From assembly GCA_036172245.1 (NCBI GenBank), contig JAYWIR010000033.1, positions 1,612,001-1,676,000 on the forward strand: DNA of 64,000 nt, in the 5' to 3' direction. The stretch comes from Raillietiella orientalis (Eukaryota). The position numbers and the translations under genes are program-made. Under the pieces are notes generated by a model that was not told the DNA's origin, did not search any database, and was given only the letters and a program-made list of their open reading frames with translations. Positions 51,201-63,900 of this stretch are shown in pieces; position 1 is the stretch's first letter, and each line of letters opens with the position of its first letter.

Positions 51201-53994
51201 GACAACCCGAAGCGTGCGGTTTACCTCGAGATTTCCAACGCAGTCCACTAGACAAGGGCAGAGCGCGGGGGTGGCGCTTCAGCCACAGCTGCGGGGGAGG
51301 CCGAAGAGCTTTGGTAGCTTGCCTTCCTTTCCTCTTTTCGCTCCCTCCCTTCCCCTTCGGGCGACAAAGATGGAGATCAGGGGAGGACAATGGTGATGGG
51401 GCAACAAGAGGGAGAGGCGTTGGCATGTCTGTGCCGTCCAGTGGCGCAACTTGGAAGATGAAAAACTGCTTGCGCGCCCGGCGCGGTTCACCAAAACCCG
51501 AACCCCTGTCTGGATCTCGAGGCTCGCGGAAGAGGTGACCAAAGCGCTGCTCCTCTCCAGATCCTTATTGACAAGGAAGCTGCGCAGTACGTTTCCGGGA
51601 TCGCCGTGCACTGGTATTTGGACTGGCTGGTGCCCGCTTTCGTGCTGACCTGGACGAGCTGGCTGCTTCCGGATTATCCCCTGCTGGCCACGGAGTCCTG
51701 TCACGTGAGGCACCACAACGTCCTGCTGGGCTCGTGGAGTCGTGCAGAGGACTACGCCCGCTCCATCATCGAGGTGAGAGACCGCGTTCCCTTGCCAACC
51801 GCGCCGCAGGTCGGGAGAGCGCGCGCGCGCTCTTTCTCCCCCTTCCCTTCCTTACTACTAGGACTTGCTTCACGGGGTCACGGGGTGGATCGACTGGAAC
51901 CTCGTGCTGGACGAGCAGGGCGGTCCCAACTGGGCCAGCAACTTCGTGGACGCCTCCATCATCGTGAATGCCTCTAGGGGAGAGTTCTACAAGCAGCCCA
52001 TGTTCTACGTCCTGGGTCACTTCTCCAAGTTCTTCCCCGAGGGCTCGCAGCGGGTGGGCCTCGAGACGGAAGGCGTCCTGTGGGGCACGGCGTTCTCCAG
52101 GAAGGATGGCGTCACGGGGCTGGTCGTGCTTAACAGGTGAGGGAATGGCTGCTGGCCCCTGGGCAATAGGGGCAATAGGGAGGATCTACTCGGGAGCTGC
52201 CCACGAAAATTCTCTCCAGCGGAGAAAGAGACGATGTCCCAAGGGAGGAGGCCAACCAGCCTGCACCTCCCCTTCCTCCGGGTTCTCTTGTGAAGCCGGA
52301 AGAGACCTTTTCGATGGCCCCCGTCCTTTCCATGGCAACGCGCCTGCGGCCTGGGATTTTCGAACGCTGTAGCCTGGCACGTGCTCCTCTGCTTCCTATC
52401 ACGGGCGCTGCCGTCAATTCCACCATTGCTGTTTCCGTTTCCTCTGTTGCCATGACTATCGCGATCGCGACTCCTTGCTTCGCGCACGCTGCTCCTGTTC
52501 ACGTGGACAATGCCAGGAATTTTATAATGTCTGTGATCATCCTCACCGCTGCTGCCACCAGTGCTGGGTCCGTTGCCATGATCGTCCCCATTATTGCTAT
52601 TGCAACCGCTTCGGCTACTATTGACACAATTACTTCTCCCTCCATTATCTCCATGTCACTGTTACCTTCACTATTACCGTACCTATCATCGCATCATGAC
52701 TGCCAATATTGGTGCTACCATCATTCAAATATTGCGATACGATCGCCATTATTATTATTACTAATGCTTTTTTCGCTACACACCGGTGAAGCGAAAAGCG
52801 AAAACTTCTACTCACCGGTGGTTGAAGCGATAGGTAGAACTAGAATCGAATAGGCAAGCGGTAATGATTACCAGTGATGGAAATTATTACTACTAATATT
52901 GCTGATATTCTTCTTACTCTTGCAACAACCATCGGCAGCTTTGGATCTCGTGATCGTCACTACTTATGCTACTACTATTATGCACGCTACTGAAATTTTC
53001 ACTACTGTTAATGCAACCGTCTCCATTTCTGTTAACCCCGACCACACGGCATCTTCTCCGAATGCCATCGGCGGCGTCATTGCTTTCCTGCTTGCCGTGT
53101 CTCAACAGCAGCGATACCGCTGTTTCCAATGGTTGCTACGGTGCCGCTTCTGGAGTTGCCACTTCTCGGGGAGGCGCCTCATGCTTCCTCTCCACTCTCG
53201 TCTCGGCCCGTCGGCAAGCCACGAGTTGAAGAGGACAACTCTTTGCCTCTCTTTGCCTAAGAAGGGGAGGGTGGACGAGGCGATCTCTAAGAAGAGTTTT
53301 GCAAGGAAGTTGCGGACGAACTCCGATTCAGAGGGTGGCGTGTCCGCTGCCTGCTTTCACCTGGGGTCGCCGCCTCTCAAAGCTGTGGCATGGCGGTGGT
53401 CGCGCCCTCATCTCTCCAAACTTCTCCGCGACCAGGGGAACGCCGCCGAGGGGAGAGGAGAGCGACCTACCTCCCCCGCGCGGAGAAGACCTGCTCAAGA
53501 ATCCAGGCCAAGAAGGGAGGGGGGTAGGGTCGGAGCACGGCGTCTGGGAACGGACCCCGTGGCAGCACCTCGTTTCTTTGCGATCCGCCTGCCCGAGGAA
53601 GAGGAGGACGAACAGGGGTCAATTGCGGACCGCGAGGCCGTCGAGATCCGAGGGGAAGGGAGCGGTCGCCAATCGAAGGAACTGGCCATCTGCAGCGGTT
53701 ATTCACTCGAAAGCGCGGTCGCCGGAATCCCTACCCAGCGCGAGGATCCACTCAAGGGCATCCACAGAGGGCATCTCCACGATCGTTCGATGGTGTCCCC
53801 TTACATCCCTTTGCGCTCCCGCTGAGCGGTGCTCCTAAAGCGCCTGCTGTTCTTCCATCCTCTAGTGAACCGAGCTCTCTATGCCTTCTAGCGACGACGA
53901 CGATATCCCCTTATGCATAGAGCACAAGGAAACAGGACACTTCGTCAACCGCAACCTGACTTCTCGCTCCATCAGCACCTTCCTCTGGAAGTGA
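33291..53994 (+). CDS. GBA: Lysosomal glucosylceramidase, glycoside hydrolase family 30 (spliced, 9 exons, 504 aa)
   Basis: Exons 33291-33348 (signal-peptide-like, least certain), 37018-37197, 37259-37391, 41397-41550, 45351-45511, 45561-45798, 51561-51773, 51862-52136, 53892-53994. All introns are GT-AG and phases are consistent. Motifs: VCTCDSSYCD, GFGGALTDSA, PIAGCDFS, SPWSAPSWMKTN, QNEP (acid/base), AVHWY, ATESC (nucleophile), GWIDWNL, FYKQPMFY. AATAAA at 54125. Confidence 0.93.
34690..36300 (+). mobile_element. LINE debris in GBA intron 1 (5' end at ~34690, endonuclease-like remnant from ~35640, short antisense piece between)
   Basis: 34690..35070 belongs to the same 5'-end family as the 8750, 21300, 38800 and 49900 copies. 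Confidence 0.55.
37930..39080 (-). mobile_element. LINE 5' end and ORF1 remnant in GBA intron 3
   Basis: Contains both the 5'-end family (38770..39080) and the repeat seen at 2200..2780, which links the two as parts of one element. Confidence 0.65.
42840..43480 (-). mobile_element. Non-LTR RT N-terminal remnant
   Basis: LEIAVRAMVEVKCALDQEG...HVFDEGLIF...IVTL resembles the EIxxAxxxMxxxKxPGxDG / FxxGxxPxxW region of LINE ORF2. Confidence 0.5.
44335..44440. repeat. Degenerate ~21-bp minisatellite (about 5 units) in an AT-rich insert
   Basis: cattgtta-anchored units recur every 20-22 nt. Confidence 0.75.
47889..48799. mobile_element. Fold-back / MITE-like element with long diverged inverted arms
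   Basis: Perfect 17-bp terminal IR aaatcccgacagatcat (47889-47905) / atgatctgtcgggattt (48783-48799). Further colinear inverted blocks run inward to a TA-rich core. Confidence 0.8.
49000..50100 (-). mobile_element. LINE 5' end and ORF1 remnant in GBA intron 6
   Basis: 49830..50095 matches the 5'-end family, and 49520..49570 matches the segments at 8490 and 21175. Confidence 0.6.
52400..53100. repeat. Decayed trinucleotide low-complexity tract
   Basis: Runs of att/act/gct/cat triplets giving Ile/Thr/Ala/Leu-rich pseudo-ORFs. Confidence 0.7.
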
Positions 53995-55733
53995 ACGCCG
54001 GAGGTGTTTGCCTTATTCCGCCGCCTGCGAGGACCACCTCGCCGTTCTCCCTCCGGACAGGACCCCTCTGGAGCCAATTGTGATCATCTTCCGGCCGATG
54101 CAACTGGGTGAGCGCTGGGAGCAGAATAAATTCAACAATTCGCTGCCGGTTTCATTTTTCGACGGTTTTCCCCAGCCCACTAGGGGCTCTGGTGTTCCAC
54201 GAGCCTCACGTCGGCCGTGCAGCCGTGCGGGAAGCCATGCGGCTGCATCCGAAAAGGACGGGCAGGCAGCAAGCTGGTGGAAAGGGGTCCACTGGGCATT
54301 GGGGAGTTGCTAGCGAGGGAGGAGAGCTCGTCGACTCATCTTGGCTTAACATGTCAGGGAAAAACAATGCTTTGGGCATCCGTACGCCTTGTTAAGAGGA
54401 TGGCCTGGCGCCTTTTTGCTCCGTCGAAGAACTGAATCCCTGAAACTCCCAAAAGAAGGAAGAAACGGGTGAATCTGCATCCAAAGAGGGTACAAGGAGG
54501 AGGGGATGGGACAGAACCTGCAACTTGGGGTGGGCAGTTTAGGCGAAACATGCATGCGCACTCTTTTCTCCCCCTTCCGCACCTGAAATTCCTTCTCCTC
54601 CCTCACCTCCTATCCGTGCTGGGAGTGCACATGTGAAACTGGATGGAGCACCTTCCAGGGGTGGCAGGCTGGACCCCTGAAATGCCAATTTCTACGATGG
54701 TCGTTTGGACGGGACTCTGACTGGCCGCTGCAGAAGGACTTTCGGGAATTCAAGCGTGTCTGCTTCACTGCTCAGGTAGTCAAGAGGGAGCTCGCGAGAG
54801 ATTCCAAAGTGCGACGCCTCTCGTAGCTGATCAGCAGAACGTGGAGCAGCCCCGTCTTTTCCGGGAATCGATACGTCGCTTCCTCCTAAATCCCTCTTTC
54901 TCTCGTCCCCGTTTTTGTTGTCCTGTTTATTCGCTCAGCCGCTGCCTTCTCGAATTTGTATCCGTCTGTTCCTGTTAGGAAATCGCGTCGCGTCCTCTCA
55001 CCACTTTCCCTTTCTTCCTCTGATCGCAATCACCCGGGACCGGCAAATCAGATTTTCTCCTCACGCGGGGCACGCAGGGATCCTACGCGACAAACGCAAA
55101 CTCCCCTCAGCTTGCCGGAGTAGGAAACAAAGCCAGAAAACAGGGAACTATATCTGCCTCTGGATGGCGGATGTCCCTTGTTTCCTAGCTTGCTCCCGGC
55201 ACGCAGGTGGTGCCAAATCCCATCGCTGAAGACGGACTACCGGGTGTCGCCAAGGAGATCCAGCTGCCAGAGAAAGCGAATTTGGAAAAAGGCATGGGTT
55301 TTCCTGGTTGGATACTCCTTCATTTTTGGTAAGGACCTAAAGATAGAGTAAGCAGGGATAGATCGATTTCGAGAGCACGGTTTTCATCCGGAACGAAGGG
55401 GCTTTTATATTTCAAACAAAGGCAAACATGCAGTGTTGGAACCCAGTCATCACTTTGATTCCATTCGGCCAACAATGTACACAAAGGGCAGCCGGTTTGT
55501 GCAGCAGCCAAACGAATGCACGCAGGATTCTGCTCCAGCAGATACTCCTTCCCCCTTTGATACAACAGAGGTTGCGCAACGATCACCGGTGATCCATTCG
55601 GTGCTTTCATTATACATTCAGGAATCATTTTTATTAAGACAATGAGAAATCAAGGGTGAGCTACTTAAAAGAGACCGGCCACATCAAGCCTCGGTAGGTT
55701 TCGCCGCAAAGCCAGACCCGAGGCGAGCAGTTC

Positions 55734-55903
55734 CAAGTCTCTCTCCGTGTATTTTTAGACTGCATTGTTGGCCGCCGTGCCGATCGCGCACGCTGACGTC
55801 ACGCCGCAAAGCAGGACTTGAGGAGAGACACTCTCAAGTCTCTCTCCGTGTATTTTTAGATTGCATTGTTGGCCGCCGTGCCGATCGCGCACGCTGACGT
55901 CAC
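55734..55903. repeat. 69-bp direct repeat, period 101
   Basis: 55734..55802 and 55835..55903 differ by one base. Confidence 0.92.
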
Positions 55904-57899
55904 TCCGAGAAGCCAAACGTGGAGCGGACAGGTTTAAAGCTGTCCACACTCTACGTAAGAACTCATTGTGGTGGTTTTGCGCATCGCAGGGGGCAACACA
56001 TCGTCACGTCTTGACGGTTTTCCGACTTTCTCGGACAGCTCTTTCGAGGTCCCCTTGCAGCGTGTCATGGCAGAAGGATCATCCACAATGGTCCATCAGA
56101 TGCCCCCATCAGATCAGGCAGGAGCGTCGCTGGACGCTGCCAGAGACCACGTTTTTCCACAGGTGGTCTCGGCTCGCCTTTGCCGGAACTTCAGTTCCTC
56201 GGGGACCCTGTCGTTGACGTGCCGCTACGCATCGAGAGCTTCTGCCAAGAGAGCACGCGTGGAGGAGGGCGTTCTTTCCCTAGAAGAGGAATAACCACGC
56301 ACTAGTAGTGCTTGCCCTGCCTCCTTTCCGTGGAGTCTTCTAAAGCCGTTGGCTAATTTTCGAAGAATCCAGCGGGTTTGGAAGACTGCAGGAAAGGGTA
56401 GTCACGTCGAGCGTGCTGACCCGACCTTGAAGATCCTGTCAGAGGAAGGAGTCCGTCCTGAGGATAGACTCATTGGAGGCGAGACGCTATCTCCTAGATC
56501 TTGTCATTTGACTCGTCGTGACGCTCCATGATTGGAAAGGAATTGTACGTGATGTGGTTGACAGAGCGCTGAGGAGATGCTTTCCAATTTGCACACTTCT
56601 TTCACATGCAGTCGTCACCGCCCCTGATTAGGAGTGTCTCGCGCAGGAGTTGGGTTGGGTCAAGCGGCATTCACGAAACCGGTGATCCATAGAAGAGGAA
56701 GCTACTGAAAGCGCGATGCTAGCCAATGGACATGGATATCCCCTAGTGAACGCGGTCACTGAAAAAGGAGTGTAATTTTTCCTTGGTCTAGGCAGTGAGT
56801 GAGTTTCGCCCGCATGTACTTATCGAAAGTGAGCTCGGGGGCAATGATTCCTGGGTCGCTGTCGTCAAGATCCCAGTACGTCTGCAGCTCAATACCCCAT
56901 CTTCATGAAGTCCTTACGCCATTGTTGAGTAGGGTGCATCCATCCATCATGATCTCGCGTAAATTGTCGCGATAGCAATCTGTTGGAGCCTTCAAGCTTG
57001 CCTTCCCTGAAACTGCTTGCAGGGTGCCCTGAGCAAGATCCCGAACTACCGGAATCGGCGAGGGGCTCACAATTTTATCTCTAGGGCATTCTTATGACCT
57101 CCGCAGGGTCTTCATTCTTTTCGTTACGGAGTCTTTTGCTGAGTCTCACTACGAGAGTTTGAACTGGGCGTCCGGCAGTTCGTAGGCGAAGTGCGAAGCG
57201 ATGCCCGGTGCTCTTTCTCTTTTTTCCTCTCCGTGCCCTGTGAGGCAGTTGGCCTGCTCTCAAAAGGATGGGCAAAGTGGAATAGGGGGATCCTATTCTC
57301 CCGCATCTGGCTTCCCAGCGCTTCCCAGAGGATTCCAAATTCTATCCGGAAATCTGTTGGTTGAAGGGCAAGTGAATCCCGGCAGTCTTCGGTCGTCTGG
57401 GGTTATCGGCAAGAGTCCTAGCCGCGTCTGGTCCAGGAGCAGTCGCCGACCAGATCCCTATAGCGGGTGGATGACCGTGGCGCTGAGGTGAAATAGCTAG
57501 GGATTCGGGAGGCGAAAGGGGTACCTGAGCACCACTAGCTGCTTCTAATAGTCCCTTCTCGAGGCTCAGCTACGAGGGACTCGGAGACGATTGCTTGGTA
57601 AGTTCAGATCTGCAGCTCGTGGAACCACTTCGACGTTCTCAATTTATTCGTGTGAGTGGATGGGCACACCGAACAGGAGGCTCCCAATATCTCTAGCAGG
57701 TATGCTTTACGAAGGATAAAACATCCGTAAGTGAATAAATAAGAAAAAACATTCGGGGTCACTGGTTAGTGACCCTCCCTCTTGCTAGCCGTACAGGAGA
57801 TGCTGGAGATATCTTCCTTCACTTGTTGACCCCATCGCTTCACGGACTGGGAGTTGTACTCATGGTGGCCCCGTGGTGCTGCGTTTTCATTTCCCGCTG

Positions 57900-59670
57900 T
57901 ATTTTCCAGCTGCTGTTCCGCTTCACAGCCGGGAGAATCGCAGTCATCATCTGTATCCATCCTGAAAGAAGAGTCAGAAACTCCTTGGATCGTCCTTTCA
58001 GGTGACACGAATTCATCACCAAGCTCGTCACAGAACGGATCGTTCCCGCAGGCTATAAATACCAGCGGGAGTGGTAGAGATTCGCCATACCGGGCACAAG
58101 TTCAAAGGGGCATTCTCTCCTTCGCTGCCAGTAGTGCCGGAGGGCATTCCACGGGGAAGTCCCAGTGCAAGAAGAGCGCAACTGCATCCTGCGGGCCCGT
58201 GGACGTACACGCTCGATATTCACGGCACCAGCCAGCGGACTCTTCAGTCGACCATCTAGAAGTTTTGTTGTTCCTCCTGTAGCTCAAGGAGACTCTAGTA
58301 CAACCAGGAGGACACTGTCATCTTCATCCAAGGAAAGGACACACTTGTGATCCTCTCACTTGCCAGTCCCTTAAGACCCTGCGGGATTTCCTGCTGGAAG
58401 ACCCCGTCTGAACATTGCTCGGATCACACCAGAAGGTGAGTTGGGAGGCTGCAGGAGACAAGTAGGAATCCTCTCAAAAGAAGAATGGAGTGTTTCCCCT
58501 AGTTCCAAAAAGCCCTGGATCAATTCAAGGCGAGGATTAACTGATTTCTACCTGATAGCCCCCTGCGAGGCTGCAAGACTGTATCAGCAGTGAGCCACGC
58601 ACCAACGAGCGCATCTCTGCAGCATCATCTGGAAAACCCTCGAGGCATCGGAAAGACGTTTGCGGTACCTGAGGTGAATATTCTTCTTGGATCATTCTGG
58701 AGGACCCTCCTCATGGGATTATGGTGAGGTAACGCCGCCATGTTGCAGACGTTCTGTAGTTTCCTTCGGAACAGACAACATCATTCCTCTGCAGCGTGGG
58801 TCTCCAAGGACCGTACACACTGTGAATTCGTAGTAACACTCCCTCATGTGCTCCAGGGGATGCATCAAAGACAGACCAGCTGCTCACGGACACTGCAGCC
58901 CCAAAAACTGCCCCACCGAAAGGACTATTGCTCTGGGGTGGCCTGATGGAAGACTTCGAGTGGCCCCCAGCACTGAAGAACAAGCGGGACCTCCTGAAGT
59001 GGTAGAAGTCGGCACTTCTGTTGCACTTCGGTCTCCCGTGCAACGCCCGCTGATTTGGCCTGACCCGGAGGGATGTGGACCCCCACTTCTGCAGGTGCAG
59101 GGAACGGGAATCCCTCCGGCACCTGCTCGTAAACTGTGTTCCCCTCCGGCCCCTGTGGTTGCATTATGCAACAGCCCTTAGTGCACCGACGGACAATACC
59201 AGGGACGTGATGAAGCGCTTCCCTTTAGCCTGTCGCATCGTCAGCAGCTCTTTGCTGCTGCGTACGCGGGATCGTGGAGACCCGGAGCTACTCGAGAGGA
59301 GGACGGCACGATAGGGACGCCATCTGCTTCGCTGTGCGCCTCCTGCGGACGGCAGCTAGATGGCCCCACCTGGGGTGTACTCGGATGGAACTTGACGGCA
59401 TCCTGCAAAGGATGCAGAGGACGCCCTCCAGAGGGCAACGATCCTTTCCTGTGCAGCCCGGAGTTTCTTTTTTTTATTGATTTTTATTTCTGTTTGCCCC
59501 CCCTCCCCCGCTGCCGAGGGGAGCCTCCCCAGTCTGAGTGTCAGTTAGTGGGCAGGTTCCGAACGTTTTCGAACAATGTAGGGCCGATGGCCCTACACCT
59601 CTATGTTTATTATTTTGATAATAAACGTCCGGCGTGGCCGGGTAATGAACCAGCTGCCCAATAATGCCCA
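57900..59670 (+). mobile_element. L1/Tx1-like LINE 3' part, copy D
   Basis: FCRCRERESLRHLLVNC finger, DAICFAVRLLRTAARWPHLG, the same 3' UTR, and AATAAA at 59620. Confidence 0.75.
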
Positions 59671-59989
59671 ACAGGATCTGCTGGACTTTTCAGGAGCATC
59701 AGCTACCTACTCTCTGTTCATCTGATAATATGTGCAAGCAACAGTAATCTCCAGAATGAAGGAACATTGTCACCATTGAAAATTGCGTCCAGGAACATTG
59801 TGTGAACATTGTCCATCGCTCTCGTGTGGAGGGTGACAGAATGTCCCGAACTGGAAAATAAATAATAAATAATTGTGCAATAAATAATTGTCTCAGGGAA
59901 ACCGTGCACACAAAGAGTCTGAGCATAGAAAACAGGGTCGAGAGACCCTATTCGCTCCCTTCCTCTCCCTACCAAAGCAGTTTCCTAGG

Positions 59990-62900
59990 AAGCGTGATTC
60001 CCACCGTGGGGCCATCTCATCACTCCTATTTATTTATTCATGGGCCTTCGCTCGCGGCACTCCACTTCCCCTCTGGTTGTGCCCGCAGAGACCCACTCGT
60101 CTAGAACCGGCACACTCACGATTCTGTCTTATTGCTCGACTAAACTTGCTGGCCATAAGAGGAGCAGTCAGAAGACAAGGAGGAGATGTCCTTGTACTTT
60201 CGAAGATCAAAAGTACCGCAAATGTGTGGCATGGGGCAAGACATTGCTGCCAGAGGGAGGGTGCAGTTTTCGGCCGCACAGTGAAGGCAGCGCAAGGAAG
60301 CGGTAGTCTTTCGAGAATAGCAAATACCAGGAGTCGACTCAGAGATGAGTCTCGATCTACTCTTACGGAGAAGAGATCGGGCCGCGGTTCCGAGCATGAG
60401 GTTCTCCCACGCCTTTACCTCCTTACTTCCAGAGGGGAAACATTAGTCTCGAAGCTGCACAGGGAGGCGGACAAGCTGGGGGAGCTATCTCGTTTCCGTG
60501 ATCTGAAGAACGCGGAAGCTGGACGCGAGAAATCAAAGATGACGCGTGACGAAGACGTGGAGCGGACCGGAAGAGGATACCATTAGGATCGCTCGTTTCC
60601 TGCTGGAGGATCCTCGACGCGCGACTCTCCTCCGGCTGCAGTTTCCTGAAAATAGTCGTATCATCGCGTGGCTTTCCCTGGAACGGGGGGGGGGGGCCGA
60701 GTTTGGATCCAACGGTTCCAAACAGACGCGGCCGCTCTCAGCGGCCTCGAATGGGCGTAGCTGGTTCTTGGACAGTTCCGAAAAGCGGTCCAAGCGTATG
60801 CGATGGATGGCGAGTGGTGACAGATCGCGAGACCACGCGACCAGTCTGCTCACGCTGCATCGTGCACCTGGTCCACGTGATTACATCCGTGTGAACTCTC
60901 CACTGAGATCCCACACGGAAACCCCATGCTGGAATCCTTCACGAGTAGCTCCTTATGCAGCCTCAAGGGTCCAGGATCTCACGCCAGGAATGTGTGATGA
61001 AGTTCAACACGCGGAGTTTCGCCTACGAACGGCCTCGTGAGTTCTCGGGTTCCAGGATGGAGAAGACGGGATGTGGAGAGCAGGGTCGAGTGCACTTTGG
61101 GGTGTCAAAAAGGGTTCGAAGACGGAACCTGGCCAGAGGCCGGGACTGACACTCGCTCAGAAGAGTTCATCACTTCCGCTTCCCAACCCTGCGGAAATCT
61201 TCTAATTCTCTAGACCGAGGGATTCGACCTGCGTCATTCCTGGAGGCAAGTACGAAAGATTCGATCCGTTCGAAGGATTTGGGAGTGCCTAAATCTGTCC
61301 AGCAGCTTCTTCGTTGGTTTCCACTCTCACTCCGTGAGGAGGTTCTATCCCGTTTATCCATCTGTCAGTTGACCCTCCTCCCTTCTAGTTCTCTCTCCAG
61401 CCAGGTCAGCCTCTTTCGTTTCGGATCGAGACATGCCGGGACTCTAATCGTAAAAATTCCATTTATTTATTTCGAATACATAAACCTGGCAATCTGGAGC
61501 GAAAGGGTCACGTCGCGACGCTTATCTAAATGTGTAAACATGCAAAGTGTAAAAGTGCAGTCACTGTTATCAAAGCAAAGATCCTCTACCAGCGCTCCAG
61601 GGTGCCGGAGGTTCCCGGATGAACAGGACAAGTTCATCTCTGCAGCCTCCTTCCCGGTAACGGAGGTTTTCGCTGTTCCAATCAGGTCCACTTGCTTGAT
61701 CAGCGGCGGAGTCGTGCAGGTGTAGGTGTTCTAGGCTGAAAGCGTGGGAGGTATCCTAGCCGGTGAGTCCCGTCCATGTTCCTGAAGCGTGCAATGCTGG
61801 ACGACACCACCATCAGGGTTGTTCATGCTCTCTGGGTGAGCATCCTGACGATCAAGGCGACCTCACGTCGCAAACAAGACCTTAGCTGCAGGAGATGTCA
61901 AGTTTGGGGTGAGATGCTGCCTCGGATGCCAAATGATCGTTTGCGACGCTCTTGTGGGTTTGGGCACATTGCATCACGGAGCTCATCCCTGCAGTGGCCT
62001 CTGGTCTCCGTCGGGCACTGGTACCGCGCCTGGAGAGGAGAGCGGTCATGCTGGACGTTGCCTGCCTTCCGAAGTCGTTCAGAAGCGCTCGAGGAAGAAA
62101 GGAGACGCAGCCCTGTCCCGCTGTTGACCACGGATGTTCAGGTGATGGTCAGAGTAGTTCTAAACGAAGAGGTGATGAGGCTCGAAAGCGTCCTACGTTC
62201 TCGGCGTGAAGCCAACGTGCGCCAAGAGTGCCGAGCCTGGAAATGAAGAGGCGATGCGATGATGCAGAGGCGGTGCCGCAGATCCTGAAAAGGGTGGCTC
62301 CTTGCGGTTGCCTGCAGCATGTCCAACATCGACGCCCACAAAAATAACCAATGCTCACTGATGAGGAGAGGGGAAAGGGAGGGTAGTTTTGGAAGCGACA
62401 CCGCAACTTCATGCAGGAAGCACAAGTAGATGAAGAAGTTAGAAATGAAGCTGGTAAAGGATGCAAAGATCCTGTCTTTGTCTTTGTCTCTTTGTTTCAT
62501 CTACTCTTGCAGCTCATACCGAGAGTCTCTAGGCATCCAATAGGACAGCGATGATTGCTCGCAATCACTCTTGGGTCGCTGACAGTGCTGGGGAAAGCGT
62601 TAGGTTCCGATATTTTTTTTTCTTTTCTTTCATGAGGCGTGTACTGGAATTTTGAATGCTGCGATTTCCCTTTGCAATGTACAGACACCACTCGCCTGTG
62701 TGATTCATCATGCAGTGGCCATCGGACAAATGCGGCGCTCCCACGGAGTTCGTGATTTCCTTCATCAGAGAAGCTGAGGGCTACCAGGAATTGGTTCTCT
62801 CACCAAATACTTTACTGCCAGAAGTCTTGAGCTCAAGATTATTCCTTCCACTATCCTCCCGTGAGGAATCCCGACTTTGGAGTTCTCCACCTTAGATTTC

Positions 62901-63900
62901 ACCTCGGATTTATTACGACTGCAACTTCTCTTCTTCTTCTTCAAGATTGCGGGAAGTAAGACACTCTGACGGGGATTGTGGGCTCTCTGGACAGGAAACG
63001 CATTTTTAACATGGTAGCAAAGAGGGAAGGAAGGTTAACCAAAATGGGCTTTCCCTTACCGGAAAGGAATAACGGAAAATACCCAACATTTGAGTGCAGA
63101 GATTCGCCATTCTCCATTGCAAAGCTGCTCCAGAATCCTCTCTGTGTACGTTCTCCTGGAAATCCGGTCATGTCCTCACGATTTCTGGAGAGACGAAGGA
63201 TTGAAACGGGAGCTTTCATTTTCTGTCCGATCGTTTTTTGATGGTGCGTCGATATGCAAGAGGAATTTGGAGGATCTCTCCGAAGGTCGAAAGCAAAAAT
63301 AACTTTTCATCTCCAGTTCTAATCTTCTTTCTCTTCCGATCGCTCTTTCTTTACCTCCTTCGACTGCGACGTGATAGAGAGGCGAGAAACGAGTTGCAAT
63401 CTCGGAGAGTGAGTGCTTTTCAAAGGCGAGCAGTGGGGTCATAGATTTGGCGCACTTGGAGGCATCGTAGAGACGAGAATGCCCTTTGAACAGACTCCCG
63501 AGGCCGACTCTTCCGGAAAAGGCTTTTTTAAAGGCACGAAATAACCAGAGGAAAATGCCGCAGGATGACTCCAATTTCAACGCAAAAAATGCTCGCCCAT
63601 ACGTGTGGTCACGCACTTTGTCTTCCCGGATTGACGCAGATTACAGGGATTTTCTGTCAATTTCCCAATCGGCCGAGGGATTCCCGAATTCATTTCCGAA
63701 ATGACAAATCGCAGCTCCTCTGACTTTTGCTGGAGCTCCTGCGTCGCACACTCCTGAGCTACAGGAGCGCTTGAAGCAGCATCACAGGGCTCTGCCGTGG
63801 CGGAACGGGTGGCTGCCGCACGATGGCAGCATTCAGATGCACTCAGATGCAGGAGTCTGGGATGCCAATTGAACTGATGGACTGATGCGCTCTTCATTCG
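59990..63900 (-). mobile_element. Long degenerate LINE (endonuclease and downstream ORF2 remnants)
   Basis: IYLCFLHEV (cf. DIxFLQET) at ~62420 and FTHLDKRRDVTLSLQIARF (cf. FT...SRIDR) at ~61500. The left end is homologous to 4170..4240. Confidence 0.6.

Noticed and set aside
52290..53100. Hydrophobic membrane-protein-like ORFs
   Set aside because: Translation of a decayed trinucleotide tract inside GBA intron 8.
55300..59670. Twin-priming 5' inversion of LINE copy D
   Set aside because: The minus-strand piece seems to have its own zinc-finger-like end (~55480), and the motifs are too eroded to show continuity.
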